Source of the DNA: Callorhinchus milii
Lineage: Eukaryota
Reading direction: 5' to 3'
NCBI RefSeq assembly: GCF_018977255.1
Contig: NW_024704742.1
Span: 9,736,001 to 9,800,000 of the forward strand
Length of the DNA stretch: 64,000 bases
Position 1 is the stretch's first letter. The number at the start of each line of letters is the position of its first letter. Below are positions 23,865 through 36,651 of this stretch, in pieces. The notes beneath the pieces were generated by a model. The model saw only the letters and a program-made list of their open reading frames with translations, ran no database searches and was not told the origin of the DNA. Both the position numbers and the translations under genes were made by a program.

Positions 23865-24007
23865 ACTCTAGCAGGTCGTCTTCCTCACCTTTCCTGATCC
23901 CAACCCCCTGTTCGGGTAAAAAATCCCTGATTATCCAGCGCCTTGGTACATCCTCCCGACATGAGAGCGCTATACAACTGTAATTTATTGTAGTTGTTGT
24001 TGTTGTT
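23865..24007 (+). mobile_element. L2 3' end
   Basis: cagcgccttggtacatcctcccgacatgagagcgc, (TTG)n. Confidence 0.8.
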
Positions 24008-24686
24008 CTGGTCCTCCCAGGTGCTCAGGTATTCACATTGTCAGTTGAAGAGTACCAAACTTATCCAACATTGAAATCAGGTCAGAGGGATTCTTCCAGC
24101 CATAATGGACAACAGATTTCAGTCAGTGGAAAAAGATTTTGGATTGCTTTTATATAATAATACTAGTTCTTGTATTTGATATAGCGTCTTATCGCGTCTT
24201 TGAGACATCTCAAAGCGCTTCACAGGAATATACTGTAAAGTGAGTTGACTATATTTTGTGGGCGAAATGTAGTTGTGATCCCTTAGAAAGTGACACAACT
24301 CACTGATCTTATTTCATTAACCAGATAAACCTTATGCAGTTCTTAGCCGTACTCTACCTTCGCAACAATTTTAATTCACTCCAAGGATACTTCAAGTGCT
24401 GTTTTAAAGGCCCTCTGTGTTTGCCTAATATCTCTTCTTCCCTTTTTGTGGATGAATGACTGACAGATTTAGTTTACTTCAGTTTTCCTGTGACCTTAAC
24501 TGCTGAAGCTCTAGCACAAAAATATTGTCAATAATAGTTTTTTAAAAATCATTTGCTTTTCACATCAGAAGGACATCTCAGAGAACCTCACAGGGTTTAG
24601 TATGAAGTGTAGTGACTGTAGGTGAACTCAGCATCCAATGTGGGCACAGCAAACTCCTAGAAACAGTCATGAAGTAAATGACCATT

Positions 24687-24812
24687 CATAGAAAATAGAA
24701 TTATACAGCGAAGAAGGAGGCCATTCGGCCCATCGGGTCTGAGCCAGCTCTTTTGAAAGAGCTTCCAAATCAATCCCACTCCTCCGCGCTCTCCCCATAG
24801 CCCTACAAACTT
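24687..24812 (-). mobile_element. CR1 3' UTR fragment
   Basis: Approximate reverse complement of 25225-25340. Confidence 0.8.
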
Positions 24813-24941
24813 GTCCTCCACAAATAATTATTTACTGTGGGATTGTTGGCCAGGACACAAAGAGAAACCTCCTTTCCTTTCAAATAGTTCTATGGGACCT
24901 TTAAGTCCACCTGAACAGGCAGACTTGGTTCTAACATCTAA

Positions 24942-25341
24942 AGCAGAGAAGATTAAGGGGAGATTTAACAGAATTGTTCAAAATTACGAGGGGTTTTGAT
25001 AGAGTAGATAGGGAGAAATTGTTTCCACTAGTGGGTGGGCTGATAACCAGAGGACATAGATTTAAGATAATTGGCAAAAGAACCGGAGGGGAGTTGAGGA
25101 GAATTTTTTTTACACAGAGTTGTTACGGTCTAGAATGCATTTCCTGAAAGGGTAATGGAACCAGATTCAATAACAATTTTGAAAAGATTATTAGATAGGT
25201 ACTTGAAAAGGAAAAATAAGCAGGGATATGGGGAAAGAGCGGGGGAGTGGGACTGATTAGGTAGCTCTTCAAAAGAGCCAGCACAGACACGATGGGTCGA
25301 ATGGCCTCCTTCTGTGCTGTAATATTCTATGATGCTATGAT
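24942..25341 (+). mobile_element. CR1 family 3-like 3' fragment
   Basis: gagaagattaaggggagattt...ccagaggacatagattt; tail ttctatgatgctatga. Confidence 0.9.
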
Positions 25342-25687
25342 CTCATCCAAAGAACATCACTTCCAATTCCCCACAGCACTTCATTATAATGTCATTTAAG
25401 CCTAGCCTATGTGATTTCAAAGCCCCGACAAGGAGCTCAAACCCACAAGCTTTTGACTCAGATATAAGAGTGCTATCAACTGAGTTAAAGCCAAAACAAT
25501 CACTTTTTTAAAATAAAAAATATAGTATGCGAGTGTGAGTATAAATAGATACAGATTATAATTACAGAAATGGGAATGGATATACTAATTCCTGATTCAG
25601 CTGTCAAGATGTTTTCAGTGAAATAGAAAGGGTTTTGAATAGTTAGGCTGAAAGAGATCTAGAATCCTCACTTTTGCCTCTCAGACT

Positions 25688-26516
25688 ATAATAATAATAA
25701 TAATAATTGCATCTGATATAGCGCCTTATCACCCCTTCGAGATGTCTCAAAGCGCTTCATAGAATATACTGAAAAGTGAATTGACTGTATATTTGTGGGT
25801 GAATCACAGTACAACAATAACAACAAGATTCCATTTATAGAGCGCCTTTCACGTCGGGAGGACGTCCCAAGGCGCTGAACAGTTAGGTCAGTACCCGAGC
25901 CTTGGGGGGAAATGGTGAGGGGAGGGGAGGGAAGGGAGGGAGCGAGGAGGGGGTAGAGAGTCGAGAGGGGAGCTGAAGGCACGGTCAAAGAGAAAGGTCT
26001 TGAGACCGACCTTGAAGGAGGAAAGGGAGGAGGCGGCGAAGGCATTGGCGGATAGAGTTCCAGAGCCTCGGGGCTGAGAGGCTGAAGGCCCGGCCACCGA
26101 TGGTAGGGCAGTTGGGGCGGGGGATGTGGAGCAGACCGGAGCCAGAAGAACGGAGGGTACGGGCAGGTAGGTAGGGGGATAGTAGGTCGGAGAGGTAGGA
26201 GGGAGCAAGGCCGTGAATGGCCTTGTAGGTGAGGATGAGGATCTTGAATTCGTAGCCAATTGCAGACAGCAGCATCCCACCAACAGTCGTGGATTGAGTG
26301 ATTAAATTACCATTATTATTTATTTAATTTGGAGGGATTATTATCCCCAGAAAAGCAATCCGCCAATCGACTAACGACCGAGTTACTACTTACTGCTAGG
26401 TAAACAAGCAAGTGTGGAGTAAGGAAACTTGCCCAACGTTTTGCTCTGCTGGGAATCCAACCCAGATCCTCTCGCTTGCGAAGTGAGTGCTCTACCACTA
26501 AGCAACAAGAATCCAT
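25688..26516 (-). mobile_element. Young SINE subfamily A interrupted by L2
   Basis: Segments 25688-25803 and about 26251-26516. Confidence 0.88.
25811..26250 (-). mobile_element. L2 3' fragment, well preserved
   Basis: FKILILTYKAIHGLAPSYLSDLL...RAFSLSAPRLWNS; stem-loop at 25841-25876; (CAA)n on the plus strand. Confidence 0.93.
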
Positions 26517-28689
26517 GACTATAAAGGCTTCTGCCGAGGTCTTCTGATACACTGCTGATAGTTAAAGGGTTAGTGTGGATTTAAGCAGGCATTCTGCAAA
26601 GAAAAGAGATTTCCAGAAATGTATCTTTTTTTTCCTTTGTAGAAGAGCTTTGTGCCATCATTAAAAATTCTGCATTTTTACTGATGAGTGGATAAATTGA
26701 AGTAAAACATAGCTTTTCTAGTCAAAAATAAATCAATCTTAAAACCATTGACAAATGTACTTTGCAAAAATCCATGCATTAAAAAAAACTTTCAATTATG
26801 TGAGTAAAAAAAATGCCACATGTAATGTGGTAATTGACACATTGCATGTCACATTTTAGAACTTATCATTCCTGCTCGATCCTAGATATTATTTTCTAAA
26901 AAAAATCTGAATTCATAAAATAATATAATAATAAATAAATAATAAAGCAGACATGCAATAATAAATAATAAAACTCCAAAAAGAAAGGAAAAGTAAAGCC
27001 TGACTTTTATTGATGTTATTTAAACTTTTACAGATCAGATTACGGCTGTTAGGAAATGCGAAGAGGAAACCTTCGAGGGAGACCCTCAGTTAATAATGAT
27101 TTAGTTGGGAAAAATCTATAACAATTCTGTACACTTTCAGTTTGAATATAGATTTAAATAAAAGTAATCAGATTTAAAATGTACAAATAAAGCCTCAATA
27201 AATGTCAGGTTTAACTTATTCATTTAAAAACAGTTGACAGAATGATATTATAGATCCAATCATCATACACGTAGATTGAACAAGGGCATGTGCTGCAAGT
27301 TTGCTAAACTGGTGCAGTAATAATTTACTATTAATAAAATTGATCATTCACTTCATCGTTGTTTGTGTGACTTTGCAGTGCACAAATTCTCTGCCATAAA
27401 ATACAGTTACTACACTTTACAGTAGCACTCTTTGAGACATCTTCTTGATGTGAAAGACACCATCTCAAGTGCAAGGATTATTATTTTAAGAATTACTAGA
27501 AGCCATCCTGCAGGAAGGGTGCTATATAAATGCAAGGCATTGTTCTTATTTCTTCTTATTATTATGGAAATGACCAAGGATTTGAGAGAATATGACTCTT
27601 ACAGCACCTTGGGACGTCCTCCCGATGTGAAAGGCGCTCAATAAATGGAATCTTGTTGTTGTTGTACATTAAAATAAGCAATTCTGAACATATGTGTTGA
27701 TCCTGTGCTATATTTTTAGGTGACAGTTGGCTTTCTATTCTGATGTGGACAGCATGGCTGGGTCCCTTGAGTTGCACGTCTGGTTGCCTGCCTGATTATA
27801 CCTGAGCCTGGAAGAGTCAAGAACCCACTGGGATTGAAGAGGTAAAAAAAATGACCATTTCAGAATATGTTCTTCAATATTTAGATCACACTGTGAGGTA
27901 CCCGGAATTTAGAAAAAGTCCTTAGGGGTAAACAAAAGACTTCTATGATGTACTGACCATCCAAGTGAGCAGCAGAAGTGTGTCACCATCACTCCAACAT
28001 CCACTGGTAGATAGCTGATCATCTGAAGCATCAGGAAGCTATGCAAAGGCCACCTATCAGTTATTCAGATCATGCTGTAACTTTAGTTTGTTTGTGTGCC
28101 AACAATGCTCAGACTGCAAAGTACACATCAATTAAGTATTCCTCTGAACAAGACTATCACTGCAAAGCAGATGCTTTCAGTCCACTCAAATTGAATTCAG
28201 GTTGAGCCAGATTTCCCCAGCTGCAAATGTGTTTATTTTTCCTTTTGTATATTAGGTGACATAACAACAGGATGCAGCCAGAGAGAACTGAAGCAAGCAC
28301 AGATGTTTCACAGATGTTTTGTATTTCAGATGTGACCCTGGTGCTCGCTGGGAGCAGAGCAAGATTTGAGTAAATTGGACTTTGTTGGAAACATATTGTA
28401 AATTGGTAATATGAAAAATAATACAATATGTTTCTTTCACTTTCAGAAACATAAGAATGTACAGGTCCGGAAAAGAATATTACAGTCCATCTGGCCTGTC
28501 TCAAAATTCAAAATGTACAATTCAATTCTCTCCCTTTTATATTCCTCAACCACTTCTTTCCCCAAATCTCTATCCAACTCCCTCTTGTATTTTCCAAAAC
28601 TCCTGTCACTTTCAATGGAACAAACCGAGTGTATGGTAAGCAGCAGTGATTCCTTATAAAATAATATAATAATTGTTCCACTTCATATA

Positions 28690-28945
28690 ACTCCTGTTCA
28701 CAATGTCAAAATGTCTCAACATTCTTTACAGTATGCACTAAAGTTTAATGACTGTGTCCTTATAGGTAACCACGACTACCAATTTGCGTAGAGCAATGTC
28801 CCACAAACAGCCATGAAATGAAAGACCAATTTTATCTTGGGGGGTGGGATCACTGGCCAGGACACCAAGAGAAACTCCCTTTTCCTTTCAAATAATCCCA
28901 AGGGATCTTTAATATCCACCTAAACAGGTGGACTGAATCTCATGG
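28690..28945 (-). mobile_element. Old Deu SINE fragment
   Basis: gcaatgtcccacaaacagcc, ggccaggacacc, gggatctttaatatccacc. Confidence 0.75.
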
Positions 28946-29186
28946 TAAGGTATTGCAGTTAACACATTTCAAACACTGTTTATTCATCCCCTCAGATCCA
29001 CTTGTGGAGAATTGACAATTATAATCTTAGTTGTGACTTATTGAGAGAAATAGAGATCTGATTTTTATATCTGCTGCCCCAATGTCAGCCAGGGATTGAG
29101 TGATGATGGAATTTATCCATCTGGGGGGGGAGGTAAGCAGGGTCTTCTTAGAGTTGAGCTCCAAGTTGATATGATTGACGGCAAAA

Positions 29187-29731
29187 TGTCGAATCACAGT
29201 ATTCCAGGCCACTGCTGATGATAGCGCAGCCCAGCCTGGCTCATCAGCAGGACCTGGAAGGGCCGACCAGTCAATGGCGGCAGGAAATCCTCCCACTCAG
29301 CTCCTGTTTATGCTGCAAGCCAAAGCCCTAATGGGTAGGGGGTCCCTAGCGGGAAAGCTTGCCAGACAGTATTATCAATGGCAAGCTATGCGGTTTTAGC
29401 TGGTTAGACTCCAGCAGCGCCCAACATATACTCTAGGGTCCCCAAACCTTGGCTCTTGTCAACCTGAACCTAACACACTCCAGAATTACTGCACTACAGT
29501 ACAACCATACAAATTTATGGCATAGAACAAGGCCATTTGGCCCATCATGTCTGTGCTGGCTTGTTAGGAAGAAGTAGGGTAGGCAGGGCATATCCCTCCA
29601 GCTGCATCTCATTCCAGACACAGGAAAATGTCCATGTGTAGGTCGTGTACATGGAGAAACTCTCAGACTAGACTAAATACTCTTGAGCACAGTGATGGGT
29701 TTCTATATGTATCAGACATCAGGCTGACCAC
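29187..29731. repeat. Unclassified interspersed repeat, copy 1
   Basis: Shares cagctcctgt...ctgcaagcca.agccctaa with 47230-47405 and 48783-49118. Confidence 0.75.
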
Positions 29732-30507
29732 AAAATAAATAATGAAGCTAATACTAACCTTAAGCCCAGATGTTGCTCTGCACAGCAAGGTAAACCACAG
29801 TTCCTATTAGGCCTTTTAGCATTGGAACATGCTGTGGGCTTTGATTTCCCTCTTGGTAGTTGTATTGCTGCCAGAGTTTTCCAGACAGGTAACGGTGACT
29901 GTCAGATATTACCGTATTCCTGCCTTCATTGGCACTGTTTTTACAAGTTCATTGTCAAAGGGGTAGAATTGAATATTCTGGAGGGTGTTGGTGTTTTGAC
30001 CAACCATCTCCCAGTGATCGAAGTCTTGAAATGTCCGTTGTATACATATCAATTACTTTTTCCTGCAATGGCCCATCTCCATGGCTCAGAAGGTCATATT
30101 AATGGGGGCTGGGTCCTTGCCAAGGATAGGACTCCAGCTGTGAGTTTAAATGGCTTCTCAAAGGCCTGAGGAACACAATTCAAATTTCCTTTGGTGCAGC
30201 CAAAGTCATTCAGTCCGAATTCTTGTCCTCCCAATACCATTGGCAATCATTTAATTTACAGACCCAAAGTCCAGTCATCCAAATCTAATCAAGCGGTTTA
30301 TTGTTGGTAAGTGGAAAAATGGCCCTGTAACAACAACAGCTCCAACACTCTTCCAGGAGGGGGCTTTGGATAGCAATCTGTGAGAGACATCCTGCCTGTG
30401 TCTAGACTTAGAACTGAGTGTGCACTTCAGAGTGTTCAAGTATTGGACAATTCTTAAATTCAGTCTCAATTTTGAAATTGTTATTTTCATACTTTTTCTT
30501 CATAGTT

Positions 30508-30948
30508 CTGGCTTCCCATCACATAGAATACAATTCAAAATCCTGGTCCTTACTTTCAAAGCCCTCCATAGCCTTACTCCTCCCTATCTTTTCAACCTCC
30601 TAAACCCCTTCCAACCTGCCTCTCCCTCCGCTCAGTGGGCTCCGGCCTGCTTCATGTCCCCCGTCTCACCCGCCCCACCATTGGCGGGCAGCCCTTCAGC
30701 CACTCTGCCCCCACCCTCTGGAACTTCATCAAACAGTCCCTCTGCCTCACCACTTCCCATGTCTTCTTCAAGACCCATCTCAAGAACCCTTCTCTTCGAC
30801 TGTGCCTTCGATCACCCTCCTTCCCTCCCTGCTCGGCCTCTCCCCGATCCCAACAACCAGCTCGGGTCTGAAACACTGATTGTCCAGCGCTATCTGACGT
30901 CCTCCCAATATGAAAGGCGCTAAGCAAATAAAATTTTGTTGTTGTTGT
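30508..30948 (+). mobile_element. L2 3' fragment
   Basis: HRIQFKILVLTFKALHSLTPPYL; TTG tail. Confidence 0.9.
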
Positions 30949-30954
30949 AATACG

Positions 30955-31350
30955 TGGTGTCCTGTAGCTTAGTGGTTAGAGCCCTCACCTCACAAGCAAG
31001 AGGTCTCGAGTTAGATTCCCAGTAGGGTGAAACATTAGGCAAGTTTCCTTACTTTACACGCCTCTGTTTACCTAGCAGTAAATAAGAACCTGGTTGTTAG
31101 TTGATTGGCGGATTGCTTTCCAGGAGTAATAACATCTTAAAAAAAATTTGGTCACTCAATCCATGACTGTTTTGAGATACTGCTGAGTGCAATTGGCTGC
31201 CATGTTTCATCCACAAAATATACAGTCACTGCACTTTAGAGTATTCTGTGAAGCAGTTTGCGATGTTTCCAAAGCACTTTAGATCTTATGAAGCAGCTTG
31301 AGATGTTTTGATGATGTGATAAAGCGGTATATCAATGCAAGGATTATAAT
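30955..31350 (+). mobile_element. Young SINE subfamily A with partly duplicated tail
   Basis: Head, A segment and gtgaagcag tail motif present twice. Confidence 0.88.
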
Positions 31351-32074
31351 TTAATATTATTCAGGCTTATGGAGAAACGGGTGGAGGTGGTGGTGGTGGT
31401 GGCGGAACTGGGATTACAACAATAATATTAATATAGTGCCTTTTGTGTCAGGAAGGTGTCACAAGGCTTACCAAAGTCATAGTCAAAGAGTAAGTTCTTA
31501 AGACGGACCGTGAAAGATGCAAGGGAAGGGACAATATCTTGCATTGAAGAACTGCCAAGATCTGATAAACATGACATGATTATTAAAATAACTACTGAAA
31601 AACGGCTTCAAAATAGAATTTCGCTCCCAGAAACAAGACCCCTTAGTGATATTTACCTTCCTAATACACGGCCTAAGGAAGCAATGATCTACCTTTACTC
31701 ACAAAAGCATCAGGGCTGTCTCTGTTCATAGTGTGAAGCTTTCATTGTGCAGGGGAATTCTCCAGAGCAGGGTTCTAATAATAATAATCCTTGCATTTGA
31801 TATACCATGTCTTTGAGATGTCTCAAAGCACTTCACAGAATATACTTAAAGTGAACTGCCTATATTTTGTGGGCAAAAGGCCCACAAAATGGTATTATGA
31901 TGTTCTAAATGGTGTTATGGCCTAAGTGGCCCCACGTTTAACAGTAAAAGAGGAAAAGCACATTAGTGGCAAGTGGTTCTTTTTAAAATATCCACAAAGG
32001 TGACAAACTTCCCAATGGGAGCCAATCTCTTCACACCATTTCTGAGATCAGTGATGATGAAAACAGAACATTAT

Positions 32075-32320
32075 ACGAGAGGTTAGGATGAAGAAGGTTC
32101 ATCAGGCCATTTAATCTAATCTTTCCAGAATACCTACTCTACTGGCTTCCTATAACAGCATCCAGATGTCTTAAATGAGTCCAATGTTCCGACCCAAATT
32201 TTCTTCCTGGTGACCGATTCCTATTGTTAATTACACTCGGTGCAAATAAATACTTCCTGGTGTCTGTCCTAAAGTTGCCCTTCGCAAACCTGAACCTATG
32301 CCATCTTGTCCTCCTGCCTT
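32075..32320 (-). mobile_element. Degenerate CR1 3' fragment
   Basis: Reverse of a CR1 ORF2 end and 3' UTR. Confidence 0.6.
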
Positions 32321-32387
32321 TGTGTATCTAAAGTAAACAGTAAAAGAGGAGAAAAACACATGGACCATCACAACACTATTGAAATAC

Positions 32388-32850
32388 AAAATGACATTTG
32401 TAAAGCGCCTTTCACATCAGGAGGATTTCCCAAGGCGCTGGACAATCAGGGATTTGAACCCGGGGTGTTGGGCAAGGAGGGTAGAAGTGTGGCTGAAGGC
32501 GTGGTCGAAGAGAAGCGTTTTGAAATGGGCCTTGAATCAAGCAAGGGAGGGATCAAGGCAAAGGGATTGTGGGATGGAGTTCCAAAGCATAGGGAAGGAG
32601 AAGCTGAAGGCCCGACCGCTGATGGTGGGGCGGGCCAGGCAGGGGACGTGGAGTAGGTCATAGCCTGCTGAGTGGAGAGGGTGAACAGATTGACATGGGG
32701 TCAGCAGGTCTCAGAGGTAGGAAGGAGCAAGGCCATGGAGGGCTTTGAAGGCAAGGATGAGTATTTTGAACTCTATCCTCTGGGGATGGGGAGCCAGTGG
32801 TGCCGGGTGAAGGTGGGAGAGCAGTGCAAGCATCAAGCAGTGTAGGGTCC
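32388..32850 (-). mobile_element. L2 3' fragment
   Basis: Reverse of the IEFKILILAFKALHGLAP region and the stem-loop. Confidence 0.88.
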
Positions 32851-33051
32851 TGGGAGCTAAAGTGAAGCATCACATTTCAGCCACAGCCACTAAGCAACAG
32901 GAAGGTTGCCTCATCAGGAGGCCTTGCAAAGAGTTAGGAACATAGGAACAGCAGGAGGGCATTCAGCCATCAAGCCTGTCCCACCAAGTTTATTAGATCA
33001 TGGCAGTTCTTTGATCTCATTTCCCAACCTTTTCTTCATAGCCCCAAAAAG

Positions 33052-33330
33052 TAATAATAATAAATAATCCTTGTATTTGATATAAGAATTATAATCCTTG
33101 CATTTGATATAGCATCTTATCATATCTTCTAGATGTTTCAAAGCATTTCACAGAATACACTGTAAAGTGAATTGACTGTATATTTTGTGGGCAAAATGCA
33201 GCAGCCAATTATGCACAGCAGTGTCCCACAAACAGTCGTGGATTGAAGTATATAAGGTATAGTACCTTATCATGTGTTCATATCTCAAAGCATTTCACAG
33301 GATTTATTGTAAAGTGTAGTGATTGTACCT
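33052..33330 (-). mobile_element. Stacked SINE 3' ends (SINE within a SINE tail)
   Basis: Two successive aatccttg.atttgatat tails. Confidence 0.75.
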
Positions 33331-34595
33331 TTACTTCAGTATCCATCTACCTCTATTACAAACATCCCAATTGATGCAGTCACCATGGGTTTCTGAGTGC
33401 AAATGTGCTCCACAAGCCTCTACAGGAAGCAGTGTTTTCTCATCTCATGCTTTATAGTCCTCGCTTTGATTTTAAGATATATCGCTCTGATAGAGAAATC
33501 CAAAACAAAATAAATACATTCAGAAAAATGTATGGGTGAATGGTAATTTAAACAGACAAGTTAAATACAGGATTGTATTTTTCAGATGACTCAAGGTTAA
33601 GGTCAATGTTGGGTCAAACCCAGCAGGATTTCTTTTAATCAAATGAACTTATTTCCAGACAGCTTTAGGGTAAAACTCAGTGAGAAAGATCTGAGAAGTC
33701 TCCACAAGTAAGACCTCCGAAGCCAGCACTTTCATGCCTCATTTATATTGCTGGAGCGATGTTTCACTACTGGCAGCGGTTCAATGATTCAGAGCAGGAA
33801 GCAGCATGTAGATTTCTTGCTCCAAATCCGACCTCATTGGGGCTAAGGAGGGCTCTGTGTGCAGCTGGAACCTGCACCAAATTCTGCTTAGCTTTTAAAT
33901 GTTATGTCACATAACTGGCTCTATAATAACATTGGGAAACTTAAAGGCACTCCAACGGAGTGGGGTTCAGAACAGGATCAATGCTTTTTAATCCTGATTT
34001 ATACTGCCTTTAAGCATCAATTCAATATGAGAGCAGCGTCCAATCGATACTAACTGTGCTATAAAAAAATAGGACTTAAATTATAATTGATTTATAAGAC
34101 TTACACAAAATACCTGCTATCAGCTGAGACCTCAGACTGAAGCTTGTCATTGCAGTGGAATCAACTAAAGTTTATTTCTGAGAAGAACTGGAGAAAGCAC
34201 ATCAGCTATTCGTGTTGTCTTAGACAATTTGGTGTTATCTTAAACAAATAAGAGTGCAGTGTTTTCAAGCCTATTTAATGTTATTACCCACCATAGATCA
34301 TGTGAAGTCAGCCTTTAACATTAGCATTCAAGAACAGAAGAGATTACAATAAAGCTGGATCGACTGAAAACGGACAGAGGCATTAAGAAGGATCCATCTA
34401 TCGAGGCATATTGCATGATTTAACTTGCTTCCCATTCATTTTGTTTGAAAAAGTGTTTTTTCTGTGTCTATCTGAAATTGTTGATTACTAAAATAAAGTT
34501 GCGCTGTAAGGTTTTATTACATCATAGAGAGAAGGGAGACTATTACACAATATATAATAATAAATAATGCTGTATTTGATATAGTACCTTTTCAT

Positions 34596-34716
34596 TGTAG
34601 TGGATCAGGCAGCATCTATGGAGACTTTCTTCTCTCCATAGATGCTGCCTGACCTGCTAAGTGTTCCCAGCAACTTCAGTTTTTATTTCAGATTTCCAGC
34701 ATCTGCAGTATTTTAA
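34596..34716. mobile_element. Penelope-type terminal fragment with hairpin, inserted in a SINE
   Basis: 8-bp TSD cttttcat (34588-34595, 34717-34724); 20-bp perfect stem 34605-34624 / 34633-34652. Penelope assignment is from recall of shark repeats. Confidence 0.65.
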
Positions 34717-35339
34717 CTTTTCATGTTGTTGAAACATCTCAAAGAACTTCACAGGAATTTTACAGTGAAGTGAAAGGCTATGTATTTGTAGGCAAAGGTA
34801 ACAATTTGCACAGAGTAATGTCCCACAGCACAGATACTTTGGAGCCATTCACCTTTAATACTTAGGTCAGGAATGCCTTCAAACCATGTTGTCAAATACT
34901 CTCTCACTGAATTGATTGGTGTTAAGAGCTAGATTGATGTCCATACACAATTCTTTCTTTGCACCACCAAACATAGAGCTAATTTCACTTCTTGTTCCAC
35001 AAAATAGAGCAGGGGGTAAGTGATGGAGATGTGGAGAGAGATGGTTTTATCTGTGAACTGAAGAGATATTTGGCTTCAAGAATCCAATGTTATTGCCTGC
35101 AGCCAAATCCATCGATCCTGGAGACAATACCCCTCTTCCCGACTCCAGCTCACCACACAGATGATACAGCCTCAGTTGTCCAAGTAGTGAATCAATATGT
35201 CAGTTGTACTTTAAACTCAGTAGTAATCATTGCTGCCTTAGAAAGAAAAGCTCAGGCATTGTTTGAACTCCAAAAATGATGCAAACACAAGCACTTAATG
35301 GATGCATTCCTGGAGACGCCAAACGTCCCTTATCCGATA

Positions 35340-35690
35340 ATGGCCCTTACATTTGATATAGCGATTTTCATGTCAGGAGAATATTTCAAAGTGCTTCATG
35401 GGATTCACTGTAAAGTGTAGTGACGTATTTTGTAGGCAAATGCAGCAACTAATTTTGTGCACAGTAATGTCCCACAAATAGCCACAGGGTAAGTTACCAA
35501 TTTTAGGTGGGGGATCATTGGCCAGAACACTAAGCAAAACTCTTCTCTTTTTAATCTAAAGGTGGACATTTAGCAACATCTCTGACAATACAGTGCAAAG
35601 GAGACTGAGTTTAAAGTCCCGATGGGTGACTTAAACCTATAATCGTCTGGCTCAAAAACAAGAGGGCACTATGAGTCAGGCTGACACCTA
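35340..35690 (-). mobile_element. Old Deu SINE
   Basis: Tail, core and head remnants in reverse orientation. Confidence 0.7.
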
Positions 35691-35789
35691 ATGACAACTG
35701 CATCCAATTTGTGGCTGGAGCAGAATTTCAACAGCTGATTATTCTGAAATAGTACAGCATTATTTGAAGATTATTAGTGGAAAGAAAGG

Positions 35790-35900
35790 TGTGTGAGAGA
35801 GGGAGAGAGAGTGTACGCAAGAGAGAGTGTGTGAGAGAGAAGGGAGAATGATTGTGAAGCAGAACACAAGAGAGAAAGACAGACAGAGAGAGAGAGAAGT
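35790..35900. repeat. (GA)n-rich low-complexity tract
   Basis: Seen directly. Confidence 0.8.
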
Positions 35901-36120
35901 GAAGGTAGGGTTTTGTGGTTCACTGTCAGGACAGATGATTGGAGTCTCCCTCGTCCGAGCGACATGCTATGCAGTTTCCTCACAGAAAACTCCCTCTTTC
36001 CCTTGTAAAAAAATGTTTCTACATCCCTAATTCCCCCCCTACACCCACCCCCCCCCACACACACACAAATCTGCAACCTACCTCCTGACCTGGCCGTGTC
36101 TCTCACTGTACTTGTCTAAT

Positions 36121-36210
36121 ATTTACCCCTCACTATATTAGACTGATATAGCACACCCCTCACTTTATCAGACTGATATACCACACCCCTCACTATATCG
36201 GACTGATATA
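36121..36210. repeat. 30-bp minisatellite, 3 copies
   Basis: acccctcact.tat..gactgatata recurring at an exact 30-bp period. Confidence 0.9.
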
Positions 36211-36334
36211 AAACCCAAGTCATTTGTGTGCAATTTAAAAATACCATACCTCTGAGGCAATATAATAATGTATCACATGCACTGATATTCCATGGACAGT
36301 GAAATGCCCTTGCACCAATAGAGAGACCACATCA

Positions 36335-36651
36335 GGAGTCCTGTAACTCAGTGGTTAGAGCACTCGCTTTGCAAGTGAGAAACCTGAGTTCAATTCCAGG
36401 CAGGGCGAAACCTTGGGCAAGTTTCCTTACTCTACACGCCTAATAATAATCCCTCCACAAAAAACAAAAACAATAATAAATTGGTCATTTTCAATCCACG
36501 ACAGTTTGTGGGACATTGCTGTGCGCAATTGGCTGCCGCGTTCGCCCACAAATATACAGTCAATTCACTTTACAGTCTATTCTGTGAAGTGCTTTGGGAC
36601 GTCCTCCCGACATGAAAAGCGCTATATCAAATGCAAGGATTATTATTATTA
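36335..36651 (+). mobile_element. Young SINE subfamily B, full length
   Basis: TGC head, cacgcctaataataatccctcc junction, L2-type tail. Confidence 0.93.

Larger units (their letters stand above)
24555..25490 (-). mobile_element. Old Deu SINE interrupted by two CR1 pieces
   Basis: SINE segments at about 24555-24685, 24825-24940 and 25342-25490. Confidence 0.65.

Noticed and set aside
29822..30400. 115-aa ORF or antisense coding relic
   Set aside because: No motif recognised; the minus-strand frame I translated has several stops.
33659..33707. Possible 49-nt exon (SFRVKLSEKDLRSLH)
   Set aside because: Weak donor context and no recognisable homologue.
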